Assembly: GCA_037308085.1 (NCBI GenBank)
Contig: CP147779.1
Span: forward strand, 576,001 to 640,000
Origin: Promethearchaeati archaeon SRVP18_Atabeyarchaeia-1
GTDB lineage: Archaea; Asgardarchaeota; Atabeyarchaeia; Atabeyarchaeales; Atabeyarchaeaceae
Length of the DNA stretch: 64,000 nt
Direction: 5' to 3'
The notes below the pieces were generated by a model. The model did no database searches. It saw nothing but the letters and a program-made list of their open reading frames with translations, and was not told the origin of the DNA. Below are positions 39,520 through 48,566 of the stretch, one piece after another (positions within the stretch are counted from its first letter, which is position 1; each line of letters opens with the position of its first letter). The position numbers were made by a program, and so were the translations under genes.

Positions 39520-40282
39520 CGCGCGTATTGAGATGGCTTGCGTTCTGAATCAGGGTTATCCACTTGTTGTGTCCTTTAACACTTATCCCACAGGCGTCTG
39601 CGGGAGTCTTGCCGTCTAGCGCTATGCGTGGTCTAACGTGGTTGTGGAAGATCTGGTAGCCTTTTAGAATAGGTGTGTCCTTTTTCTTTAGCCCACGCAT
39701 GACTTTCTCTCTGTCTCTGACTTCCCCATTCATTCTCTCCATCTTGTTATTGTTGCGGTCTCCCCTAATGGTGATGTGCTGGATGTGCTCTGTTCTCGGA
39801 CCCTTGGAAGTCCAAAACTCTTCCTTGTATGCAATGTGGTAAGCTTGAAGACCATCCGTTATCAGGGTTAGAGGCTTCTTCCCCATGAGTTCCTTACCCT
39901 TATGGAAGAGGTTCCCCGCATCATGCCTGTACTTGGTTTCGGCCACCTCTTGCGCAATCCAAAACCGTGTCTCATCATCCATCAACGCGAAGACGTATTT
40001 CATGTCACCCTTAATCTTGACGTAGAGTTCATCGGCTCTCCAGGTATCAGAGACATTAGGTTTCAGTTTCTCTACATAATCCTGCATCAATGTGATGTAC
40101 TTCCTAATCCATAGATAGACCGTCTTATGTGAGACTTCGACTCCTAGTGGTTTGAGAGACTTCTGAGTGTTCCTCAGTGATTCACCGCTAAAGTAGAGTT
40201 GCATGGCCGAGGTGACAGCTTGGGGGTTGTGCTTCATCTTCTCGAAGCCTATGTTCACGCTGAAAGTCCTCCCACATTGTCC
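39503..40282 (-). pseudogene. IS6/IS240-family DDE transposase, 5'-truncated
   Basis: WRADELYVKIKG..KYVFALMD, ITDG, NNKMERMNG DDE motifs. The frame extends upstream only to GQCGRTFSVNIGFEK (half of a Zn ribbon) before an in-frame stop. Confidence 0.8.
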
Positions 40283-40297
40283 TCATAGTGCTTCCTC

Positions 40298-40600
40298 TTA
40301 CTTTGACTTGGCGCTTAAACAGGTAGTACTTCGCAAGCTCATTAAACGCATTTGCGTCTGTTTTGGATCCATCTGCCTCAACTGCTCTACGAACTGCCTT
40401 GGCGATTCCTCGGGGTCTTTACAGACTTTGTAGATGCACGATGTGTATGCCCCAATTGTCCCTTCGCTCATGCACCGTAACCTCATGTACCCAACGAGGT
40501 TGAGTATCGCCGGGTCATTTGTTGACCAACCTGGGATCTTCGCTTTTGCTAGACTTCTAAGCCCGCCCGTTCCATTGAAAGCAGATTCTGTGACCCACAT
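40298..40600 (-). pseudogene. Possible fragment of an integrase N-terminal SAM-like domain
   Basis: YMRLRCMSEGTIGAY resembles the 'L...GxS..TI..Y' pattern of integrase core-binding domains. Short, with no catalytic domain. Confidence 0.3.
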
Positions 40601-40751
40601 CTTGCCTTGTAAGCGACTTTGATTGGTCTAGCATCGTTCGCACTAATAATCTTGCAGAACAGTTACATGGTTTGACGGGCGTCACTAAAGTGGCTGCAAA
40701 CCCACGGCCTGAAACTAGAAAGACACAGCAAAAAAAAGGGAGATGCTTTTT

Positions 40752-41099
40752 TCAAGATTCCAAGAATGCATCGCCATTCTGAAAATCCAAGTTCAATCTC
40801 TTGAATCTGCTGAGTATGTCCATTCCCATCAGGCTAAAATGAGGTCTGGGGCTGGTTTCTGTTTGCTCGAAGACATTCACATGTTCTAGGTTGACGACGC
40901 GCAGTGCTTGCTCAGTGTCGAGAAAGAAGAATGCAGCATCTAGCAACTCTCTGACGTACGCCACAGATCCGACGATAAGGACATTGCTCCTCCGGAGCCT
41001 TTTGCAATCCAAACCCAGTCTTTCGCAGTCGCCATCCAAGATAGTTGAAGTTGTTGATCCAGTATCAAGCATTAGCAGAATTGGCGAAGGCTTGTCCAA
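40752..41099 (-). CDS. Retropepsin-like (clan AA) aspartic protease; the frame is open to a CTG near 41171
   Basis: LDTGS catalytic motif and SLMGMDIL C-terminal motif. Confidence 0.8.
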   Translation of the reverse strand: MDKPSPILLMLDTGSTTSTILDGDCERLGLDCKRLRRSNVLIVGSVAYVRELLDAAFFFLDTEQALRVVNLEHVNVFEQTETSPRPHFSLMGMDILSRFKRLNLDFQNGDAFLES

Positions 41100-41200
41100 T
41101 TGGTCACATGCAAAGAATGACCGGAAGAAATAATGACCTCTACGTGCGTCGAATGTTCCTCTAATCCTCAGGTCACTGCCCCCTCGTCAGAGTGATTTCT

Positions 41201-41491
41201 TTACAACAGGAATATTATGGGTTTTTCCGTCATGTATTGGATTACGAAATCGTCTAGGTCGTCATACTTCTTCTTCAGTTTACCGATCAGGTGTATTATG
41301 TTTTTGTCACTGTCAACAACGCTTCTATTCTTTACCGCGATGTATTTATCAGCGTACTGCTTTGCCAGACCACCAAAATTACTTGCTATCCACTCAGCAT
41401 TGTCCTCTTGTACAGCAAGCAGATCAACGAGCCTCTTTGATTCAGTCTTTGAACTCAACGTACGGTTGACTATTTGTGCTGTCGTTGTCAT
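41201..41491 (-). CDS. DUF5678-like small protein
   Basis: W...N...L...Y..KYIAV....VVDSD pattern, upstream of the aspartic protease. Confidence 0.7.
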   Translation of the reverse strand: MTTTAQIVNRTLSSKTESKRLVDLLAVQEDNAEWIASNFGGLAKQYADKYIAVKNRSVVDSDKNIIHLIGKLKKKYDDLDDFVIQYMTEKPIIFLL

Positions 41492-41550
41492 ATCTATCCC
41501 CCACCTGCGAAGATGAGTGGTTATTCATAAGTTCTGCCTCCAATTTAAGC

Positions 41551-41928
41551 TTATCGCGAGACGTTGTCGGACTCATTCCCATGCTGAAGTAAGAGATACT
41601 CGATCTCCTTCTCTTTTTCCCTCTGCTTCCTCACCAGATCGTCAAGTTCCAGTTTCAGCTCTTGGTACCTGTCAATTATGGACTCAAATTGCTTAAGCGT
41701 CTTTTTTCCTTGATCAGTGAGCTCGTATTTTATCGTCGGCTTCTTCCTTCCGCGGGGGTCAAGTTTCTCTTTCACCATGCCGCGTTGCTGTGCTTCCCTT
41801 ATCCTCTTCAAGAGGGTGCTAGGGCTCAAGTTAAGCTTCTTCAATTCACTGAAAGATTTCGCTCCATCACCGAGCATCGCCAGCAGGTCGACCATCCCTT
41901 TCTGTATCCGACTCATCTCGTCCACCAA
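41551..41928 (-). CDS. HxlR-like winged-helix regulator with coiled-coil tail
   Basis: SFSELK.L.LSPSTL.KR......G.V...Y.LT..G. Confidence 0.8.
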   Translation of the reverse strand: MVDEMSRIQKGMVDLLAMLGDGAKSFSELKKLNLSPSTLLKRIREAQQRGMVKEKLDPRGRKKPTIKYELTDQGKKTLKQFESIIDRYQELKLELDDLVRKQREKEKEIEYLLLQHGNESDNVSR

Positions 41929-42136
41929 TACTTAGTATTGGCGTACTTATATATATCTGTATTTACGTTTTCCTATCATTACTCAATGATGTTGCTAACA
42001 TCGCAATAGCAGCCTAGATGAAGACAGCCTCTATAGATCCTATATCAGAGAGAACCTTGTGCCCAGAAAGATCACCATGTGAAAACAGTTGAAGTCTAAG
42101 GTTATTACTCAAGCGTATGCTTAATATTCATTAAAC

Positions 42137-42352
42137 TTGAAGAAATGTAACAGAGGTAGACGTATGCAAAAGCCTAGGCTATATTATTTCCCAGAGACCA
42201 GCGGTAGAAAAGCAATCTTAATTTTCGATTCAGGTTACAGTTTTCCTGACGGTAAGAGAATAGGCAACATTCACATTTACGAATTCAAAGAAACTCTTCC
42301 AGCAAGTCAGGTAGATGAGCAACTCAGAAAATACGGACATTACATTGATTGA
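42137..42352 (+). CDS. Small hypothetical protein (transposon cargo)
   Basis: ORF with GAGG before an ATG at 42164. Confidence 0.4.
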   Translation: MKKCNRGRRMQKPRLYYFPETSGRKAILIFDSGYSFPDGKRIGNIHIYEFKETLPASQVDEQLRKYGHYID

Positions 42353-42657
42353 TACCTATCAAGTGACGATCCTAGCGAGATTAGACGTAAAGCAATTGAA
42401 GAAACGCGGAGAAATCCTCTACTACTGCGTGAATAGGTACTTCTGGAAGTTATCTCGCGACAGTTAACAGCAATACAGACCACCCTAAGACCTAACGGAA
42501 CCGAGCCGTCAACCGAAAAGTAACGACCTCAACAATCACCCGGATCAACCGCAGAGGTAACAGAACCTGAAAAACGTCAAGAGCAGAACCGAAAGGTTGG
42601 GGTTGCGGGGGCTTCTAATAGCGGCGCCCCCACACTTTTCTTGGAAGGAGGATTGGC

Positions 42658-43002
42658 ATGCATCTTTCTCTCGAGAGACTCATGAGTACGGTCGCTCTTC
42701 TCAGTCTCATCTTGGTGGTATTGCCACAAGTTGCGATTACCGGCACTTCTGCCCAATCAGGCTATGACCCGCTACAGGAGCTGTCAGGTGTGTTGCTGAA
42801 CATGTGGATTATCGACATGATCGCGATCTCGGTTTCAGTTGACCATATAGCTTTGGTTGTGAGCATAATCCCATTCCTCTTCATTTTTCCGACAGCGCTG
42901 GTGATTTCGATGCTAGACACAGAAATCTTCGTGAGAATCCTGATGTTGGGCATACTGACCGTCGGCTTTGCTGTAGCCCGGTACATCGCTAATTCAATAT
43001 AG
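42658..43002 (+). CDS. Small membrane protein
   Basis: GGAGG SD and 3-4 hydrophobic segments. Confidence 0.65.
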   Translation: MHLSLERLMSTVALLSLILVVLPQVAITGTSAQSGYDPLQELSGVLLNMWIIDMIAISVSVDHIALVVSIIPFLFIFPTALVISMLDTEIFVRILMLGILTVGFAVARYIANSI

Positions 43003-43114
43003 TGACTATGCGACGCATACTGCGAATTGGGGGTCAGCGCGCTTTCAGTCAGCGGCTCGTTTCCTTTCGTCGGCAGTCATGCCCACACAGGTAAGCGCGA
43101 GAGGTTCACAATTC

Positions 43115-43465
43115 CGTCGTAGGGAAGCCCACGCTCCTTAGGGGTGGGAGGAGCTGCGGTAGCGGCGACCAGATGGTCTGTTTAAATGCCTTTGCCGCGT
43201 ATGTTTCCTTGGACCTTGGGGCGAGACCGCGGGGGTGGCGCCCCCAATGCAAAGAGCCTGAGTCTCTGTTTCCCAGGGCGGATGGTGGTCTCGCAGCACC
43301 GAGACGCGAAGCGTAACCCACCACGCCTGGCGAGGTGAGCGGGCTGGAAAAGCGCGGCGCGCGAAGGCCCGGAAGTCGCAACTTCCACAATAGGCTTTCC
43401 GGAACCACCGACCCGGCGACGGGCGGAGGCAGGGCAAACGAAACGGAAAGCCCACCGGCTCAAAG
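43115..43465 (-). ncRNA. Candidate large structured ncRNA, family not recognised
   Basis: GC-rich intergenic tract with many stems and an H-type pseudoknot. G-U pairs extend stems only on the minus strand. TATA-like TATAAG at about 43482-43487 (minus). Confidence 0.5.
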
Positions 43466-43662
43466 CCATGGGAAGAGGTTACTTATACCACACTCCCCCC
43501 CAGTATTTAGGGTAATGATTCCGATCATTATGGCGTGGCGAGGTCTTCAAATCTCCAATAAACCGAAAAAGAGAGAAACAGAATACTTTACCGCTTAGAC
43601 GCTAGATTGGGGCGACATGAGATCTGAGAAGGAGGATCTATCCTAACTTAGAAGAGATACTC

Positions 43663-43935
43663 GTGTCCAGAAGCAGGATCAAGATCCTGAAGGCGCTATC
43701 TGTCAAAGGACCGCTAAACATCTCTGGCATAAAAAGATGCACGGGCCTCAACTACAAATCGATAATAAAAGCCTTGGAGATTCTCAAATATATGAGGGTT
43801 GTCGACGAGGTTCATCTCGAAAGGACCCGCAACTTTCGCATAAGGGTGGAAAATGAAGAGGCTTCCGCTGTAGATAGGCTAATCAAGAGCCTAGTTGGAC
43901 TCGACAGAAACTCCAGTCAGAGGAAAGAGGGGTAG
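43663..43935 (+). CDS. ArsR-like winged-helix protein
   Basis: SRIKILKAL...LNISGI.R.TGLNY......L..L. Confidence 0.75.
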   Translation: MSRSRIKILKALSVKGPLNISGIKRCTGLNYKSIIKALEILKYMRVVDEVHLERTRNFRIRVENEEASAVDRLIKSLVGLDRNSSQRKEG

Positions 43936-44038
43936 ACACCCTAGACCGAAGAGAACGCCACGCGCATCACAACAAGATATAAGGAATTAGTTGCACAATC
44001 ATTACTCTCAGAGTAAACTCATAGGATTCTCACCAAGA

Positions 44039-45031
44039 ATGATCGGAGGGATAACTATTCCAGAAGACGAGATTGTAGAGGAAAATGAGGCCGGCGCAAA
44101 GGTTCTAACTGATCTTCCAGGGATCGGCCCTGCCATCGCCAAGAAACTATCCGAGGCGGGCTACAGACGGATCGAGTCTATAGCAGTTGCAGCAGTTCAG
44201 GAGCTATCAAAAATCGCGGACATAGGTGCAAGCACCGCGCAGAAGATCATAGAAGAAGCGCGCAAAGCTCTCGACATCGGCTTTGAGACTGCAGACGAGA
44301 TTTTCAAGAGAAGGCAAAACGTCGGGCGCATCACCACAAGTTCAAAGAACCTTGATGCCTTGCTGGGAGGAGGAGCAGAGACGCAGTCAATAACAGAAGC
44401 ATACGGCGAATACCGAACGGGAAAAACGCAGATAGGTCACCAGCTATCCGTTAACGTCCAGCTTCCGCCTGAGAAAGGGGGGCTCGAGGGTCAAGCACTC
44501 TACGTCGACTGCGAAGGAACGTTCAGACCTGAACGCATTTGCCAGATGGCCATCGGGCAGAACATTGATCCGAATAAGGCGCTCAAGAACATAGTCGTCG
44601 CTAGAGCATACAACTCTGACCATCAAATCCTGCTGGTCCAGCAAGCCGAGGAATTCATTGAAGAGAAGAAAATCAAGTTAGTAGTAGTCGACTCAATAGC
44701 TGGCCACTTCCGCGCGGAGTATATTGGCCGTGAAAGACTGGCGGAGCGCCAACAAAAACTGAATAAGCATCTTCACAATCTACAGCGGCTTGCAGACATA
44801 CATAGCGTCGCCGTCTTCGTCACAAACCAAGTTATGTCCAAGCCAGATGTATTCTTCGGAGACCCAACCCAGCCCATCGGTGGCCACGTGCTCGCACACG
44901 TGCCCCAAACAAGGCTATACTTGAGAAGATCCAAAGGCAACATAAGAATATGCAGATTGGTGGACAGCTCATACCTGCCTGAGGGCGAGGCCGTCTTCCT
45001 AATCACAGAAGAGGGAATAAAAGATCAGTAG
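44039..45031 (+). CDS. radA: DNA repair recombinase RadA
   Basis: N-terminal HhH (LPGIGP), [41 protein letters not shown]. Confidence 0.98.
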   Translation: MIGGITIPEDEIVEENEAGAKVLTDLPGIGPAIAKKLSEAGYRRIESIAVAAVQELSKIADIGASTAQKIIEEARKALDIGFETADEIFKRRQNVGRITTSSKNLDALLGGGAETQSITEAYGEYRTGKTQIGHQLSVNVQLPPEKGGLEGQALYVDCEGTFRPERICQMAIGQNIDPNKALKNIVVARAYNSDHQILLVQQAEEFIEEKKIKLVVVDSIAGHFRAEYIGRERLAERQQKLNKHLHNLQRLADIHSVAVFVTNQVMSKPDVFFGDPTQPIGGHVLAHVPQTRLYLRRSKGNIRICRLVDSSYLPEGEAVFLITEEGIKDQ

Positions 45032-45220
45032 CTCCCCCGATAGCAGAACCTTCCAGGAACCAACCCCGAGCTTCCGGCTTCTTCCCCAAATTGAGTTCGC
45101 CTACCATGCGTGCCACCATAGCCTCCCGGCGGGGCAAAAATTGAAGGCTGGCTTTGCGCACGACGTCAGCCATATACCACCGCAGTCATGCGATCAACCC
45201 TCCAGGTTTGCTGCTAGAGA

Positions 45221-45326
45221 TGGCGGGCCCGGAGGGATTTGAACCCACGACCACCGGCTTTCTGCACCCAGTCTCGGGAAAAGCGCTTCGCAGGCCGGCG
45301 CCCTATCCTGACTAGGCCACGGGCCC
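45221..45326 (-). tRNA. tRNA-Arg(GCG) with canonical 37/38 intron (45260-45287), CCA encoded
   Basis: GGGCCCG acceptor stem, anticodon stem CCGGC/GCCGG with loop CT-GCG-A|A, T-loop GGTTCAAATCC. Confidence 0.93.
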
Positions 45327-45530
45327 CGTAGTATTCACCAGACCAATAAGTAGAACAACTGAAGTTTAATACTTTTTCTTTCCTGCTCGTCACGGATTGT
45401 GTTCCTCCAAGCTACCCTCGTAATTGGATTCAGGGAACCGATACTATTAACATAGAGATCGACCCCATGAGTCACTGATGCAAAAGCCAAGAAGACGTTC
45501 TGATCCTAGGTGAAAGGAGGGTAGCCTAGA

Positions 45531-46289
45531 ATGGAGACAGAAACGCCAGCTAGCACCTCTCACTTGAAGGATATAATGTCAAGAATCAGGGTGGTCGAGA
45601 CCCTTAGGCTCCTAAAGAAGACGCATACGTACGCCGAGTTGTCTGCCGCTTCCAGTTTGCCGGTAACAGTGCTCAATCGATATGTAAAGGGCAGAGTCTT
45701 GCCAAGTCGAGACAGATCCGAGCTTCTTTTCAAGACATTCCAAGACATGTTTAATCTCTCTCAAGAAGTGAGGAAACGGATTGTCTTTGACAAAAACGGG
45801 TATTTCGACAACACGCCTCTTCTCAGCGATACTCTTCTCTCACGCGAAATCGCGAGAGAAGTAGCCAGAAGATTCGCCAACAGGAAGGTGAATAAAGTAA
45901 TCTCGCCTGCCGTTGATGGCATACCAATTGCCGTGCACGTCGCGAATGAGCTTGGCGTTGACCTGGTTATTGCCAAGAAGGCTAAGGAGGTCGGCATTGA
46001 GAGCTTTATAGAGGAGAGCTATGTCCCTAGCTACTCTGGCGTAATGATGACGCTTTACCTTCCAAGAAAGGCCGTCTCTACCAAGGACAAAGTGATCATA
46101 GTCGACGATGTGATCAGGTCTGGCGAGACCCAGAGGGCGCTCATAGACGTGACGAATAAGCTCGGCGCCACAATTGTCGGCATATTCATTCTAGTTGCCA
46201 TCGGCAATCTCTGGGAGAAGGAATTGAAGCTACCCCCCAGTTGCCAGATGGAGCTGCTTGTTAAGCTGCCTCCGCCTCCTCGTCCCTAG
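45531..46289 (+). CDS. HTH-phosphoribosyltransferase (PurR/APRT-like) protein
   Basis: N-terminal HTH (LNRYVKG.VLP) and PRPP-binding IIVDDVIRSGET. Confidence 0.88.
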   Translation: METETPASTSHLKDIMSRIRVVETLRLLKKTHTYAELSAASSLPVTVLNRYVKGRVLPSRDRSELLFKTFQDMFNLSQEVRKRIVFDKNGYFDNTPLLSDTLLSREIAREVARRFANRKVNKVISPAVDGIPIAVHVANELGVDLVIAKKAKEVGIESFIEESYVPSYSGVMMTLYLPRKAVSTKDKVIIVDDVIRSGETQRALIDVTNKLGATIVGIFILVAIGNLWEKELKLPPSCQMELLVKLPPPPRP

Positions 46290-46761
46290 ACTTCTGCGCG
46301 AAAAGGCTAGACAGTATTCTCTCCAGCAAATCCAGACTCTCCTTGACTGGCTTAGAAATCCCCTCCCCGGGTCCAACTCTGAGAGGCTGGATTCCCACCA
46401 CTAGAATCCCTACCCCAAGCTCCTTTTCCAAGTACTCAATCAAGAATGACAAAGGAAGGCCATGAGTGGAAATGGGAAGCCCAGCGATCTCGCCCCTATC
46501 CACAATTCTGATCGAACCGGGAGGTAGCCCCATGTCCGCGGCGTCGATTACCAGGATCTGAGAAGGATTAAACCTGCGAATAGCTGAGATGAAGTTCTCG
46601 GGAGCCATGCCGGCCTCAATAGCACGCACTCTCCGTGATAAGCGCCGTTCCCTGCTTAGGCGCCTTGCCAACTCAAGACCGGCTTCATCATCGCCCTGAA
46701 GTACACTGCCAATCCCGAGCACCGCCAGACGCTTGGCATCCTTCAATCTCATTCTGAGCAA
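46261..46761 (-). CDS. hycI: Hydrogenase maturation protease (HycI-like)
   Basis: LGIGS...GDD..G, APEN, IDAA, STH.LPL, GIQP. Confidence 0.88.
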   Translation of the reverse strand: MLRMRLKDAKRLAVLGIGSVLQGDDEAGLELARRLSRERRLSRRVRAIEAGMAPENFISAIRRFNPSQILVIDAADMGLPPGSIRIVDRGEIAGLPISTHGLPLSFLIEYLEKELGVGILVVGIQPLRVGPGEGISKPVKESLDLLERILSSLFAQKSRDEEAEAA

Positions 46762-46881
46762 CTCTTCCAGCGCCCAACCCCCCTGACAGCATACTTGAAC
46801 TTGGCTGATGGGATCTATCGGTCTGGAATCGCGACCACAGCAGAACGATATGGATTCTCTCGTACTCCAGGACCGGTGCTT

Positions 46882-47679
46882 CTATTTACGCTTCTTCTTG
46901 GTGATGTAGAACCCTCTCTTCTCAAGCTGCTCAAGCAGCTCACTTGGATCTCTGTACCATTGACCCCACTTTCTGCTGATGTGTTCCGTCCAGCTGTAGT
47001 TGTCATAGGAGAACGTTTCTTTACGATCACCCGCCAGAGGAATCTTATGCTTCCCCTTGCGGTAGTAGTCCTGCGCTAGATACCCGCTGTCCATCAACTT
47101 CATAGCCTCCGAGATGACCTCACCGCCCAACTCTGGATATTTGTTCTTGAAAAGAGTGAATCTGAGTGGGTATCTGGGTCTTGGCGGTGGATCTTCGGCT
47201 GGATACCCCATCGCCAGCTGCACTAGCGGAAAAACCCTGCTTGGCAGGCGGTATTCCTTCGCGATCGTGTCGGCCCTGTACGGCGCGCTACCGAGAAAAC
47301 AGCTTCCAAGTCCTAGACTCCGCCCCGCAACAACCATGTTCCCAGCCATTAGAGACGCATCCTGAATACCGAAGAACAGCAGCGAGAGATCATTGGCGAC
47401 CATCTTCCATTCTCTCGCAGCCATTATTTTTTCGAATTTGTGGGAGTCGACGCAAACTGTGAAGAGAAGCGGAGCTTTCCACGGGTTCCGACCCCTGTTC
47501 TGCGAAAGCATGATGCTGTATAATTGAGAAGCAAAAGGCGCTCGCTGACCGGCCCTCACAACCGTTTCTATGACCTCCTCTGAAGGCTCCTCGTCCGTGT
47601 ATTTTCGGATCGACCTGTGATCAAGCATAATCTCTATTACGGGACTTGACTTAATGACGTGTCCCCCCGTGCGATACAC
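46882..47679 (-). CDS. Nitroreductase family protein
   Basis: HRSIRKY, DASL...N.......SLGLGSCFLG, L.MGYP...P..RPR.P. Confidence 0.9.
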   Translation of the reverse strand: MYRTGGHVIKSSPVIEIMLDHRSIRKYTDEEPSEEVIETVVRAGQRAPFASQLYSIMLSQNRGRNPWKAPLLFTVCVDSHKFEKIMAAREWKMVANDLSLLFFGIQDASLMAGNMVVAGRSLGLGSCFLGSAPYRADTIAKEYRLPSRVFPLVQLAMGYPAEDPPPRPRYPLRFTLFKNKYPELGGEVISEAMKLMDSGYLAQDYYRKGKHKIPLAGDRKETFSYDNYSWTEHISRKWGQWYRDPSELLEQLEKRGFYITKKKRK

Positions 47680-47840
47680 ATGCCAAACACTTGCTCAGTC
47701 AATATCTTAATATTTTGGGTTCGCCCGACCTAAGCGGCCGAATCGCCATGAACTCCCGATTAAGTTAAAAGGATGCCAAGGCTGTGTTAATGGTCAAACT
47801 GTGGTGCTCAGACATCAACCTCTCGAACGAGGAATGACGC

Positions 47841-48566
47841 ATGGCAGAAGAAAAAGGCGAGATGCGAGCAGAAGAGACGTGGATAGGAGGAGAAGTGGAG
47901 AAACCAGTACCACAGGAGCCAGAAGCATTCATCACAGGCTCATCCGTAGTGGAAGCAAAGGAGATGCCGGTACCACAGAAGCCAAAGGCATTCTTCACAG
48001 GCTCATCGGTAGTGGTCAGGAACGAGGTAGAGGTCGTTCACAACAGGGTATCCTACGGAACTGAGCAACTTGACGGAACCCTCAGCCTTTCCCCACTTGA
48101 AACGATATTTCTCTTAGAGAGGGGCAGAATTGAACTATTCGATGAACAGACTGGAGAACAGAAGACCAACGAAGAGAAACCCGGAGAGGAGAAGGCAAAA
48201 GAGGAAAAGTTAGATCTGTACCAGTATCTGCAGAAGGTATCCAGCTCTCAACCAGAATTGTGGACGCGCTACCTAGTGTATAGAGACCTCCGAAGCAGGG
48301 GTTACATTGTTAAGGAAGGGCTTAGCGAGGACATAATTTTCAGGGTATATCCAAGGGGCGCCGAAATAAACAAGAAAACCTCCACTTGGGAGATCTACAT
48401 AGTCAAGGAAGGAGTACCGATCGATTTAAACAAGCTGGTTACCGCAACGAAGACAACAAAAAGAGTTGGCAAGAGACTCGTACTAGCAGTCCTGAATAGG
48501 CAGGGGGAAGCTACATACTACCAGGTTTCCGAAGAAAGTATTGGCCATGCAAGCGCTGCTACTTAG
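47841..48566 (+). CDS. endA: tRNA splicing endonuclease subunit, probably the non-catalytic (structural) subunit
   Basis: LSPLETIFLLERG and YLVYRDLRSRGY.VK.G, FRVY.RG. Catalytic Tyr and His are not evident. Confidence 0.82.
   Translation: MAEEKGEMRAEETWIGGEVEKPVPQEPEAFITGSSVVEAKEMPVPQKPKAFFTGSSVVVRNEVEVVHNRVSYGTEQLDGTLSLSPLETIFLLERGRIELFDEQTGEQKTNEEKPGEEKAKEEKLDLYQYLQKVSSSQPELWTRYLVYRDLRSRGYIVKEGLSEDIIFRVYPRGAEINKKTSTWEIYIVKEGVPIDLNKLVTATKTTKRVGKRLVLAVLNRQGEATYYQVSEESIGHASAAT

Larger units (their letters stand above)
38149..42567. mobile_element. IS6-family cargo-carrying transposon with terminal inverted repeats
   Basis: Perfect 25-bp TIR GGTTCTGTTACCTCTGCGGTTGATC at 38149-38173, inverted at 42543-42567, and a second subterminal GTTACTTTTCGGTTGA at both ends. 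Flanks TGAAAAAA (38141-48) and TGAAAAAC (42568-75). An IS6-type transposase lies inside. Confidence 0.88.

Noticed and set aside
43115-43465. Assignment as RNase P RNA or SRP RNA
   Set aside because: Only partial look-alikes were found (AGGCCCGGAAG, CAAGGTCCAAGGAAAC). The P4 and helix-8 pairings could not be built.
43106-43469. Three overlapping minus-strand ORFs of about 100 aa
   Set aside because: GC-rich structured DNA has few stops. There are no protein motifs, and an RNA element explains the region better.
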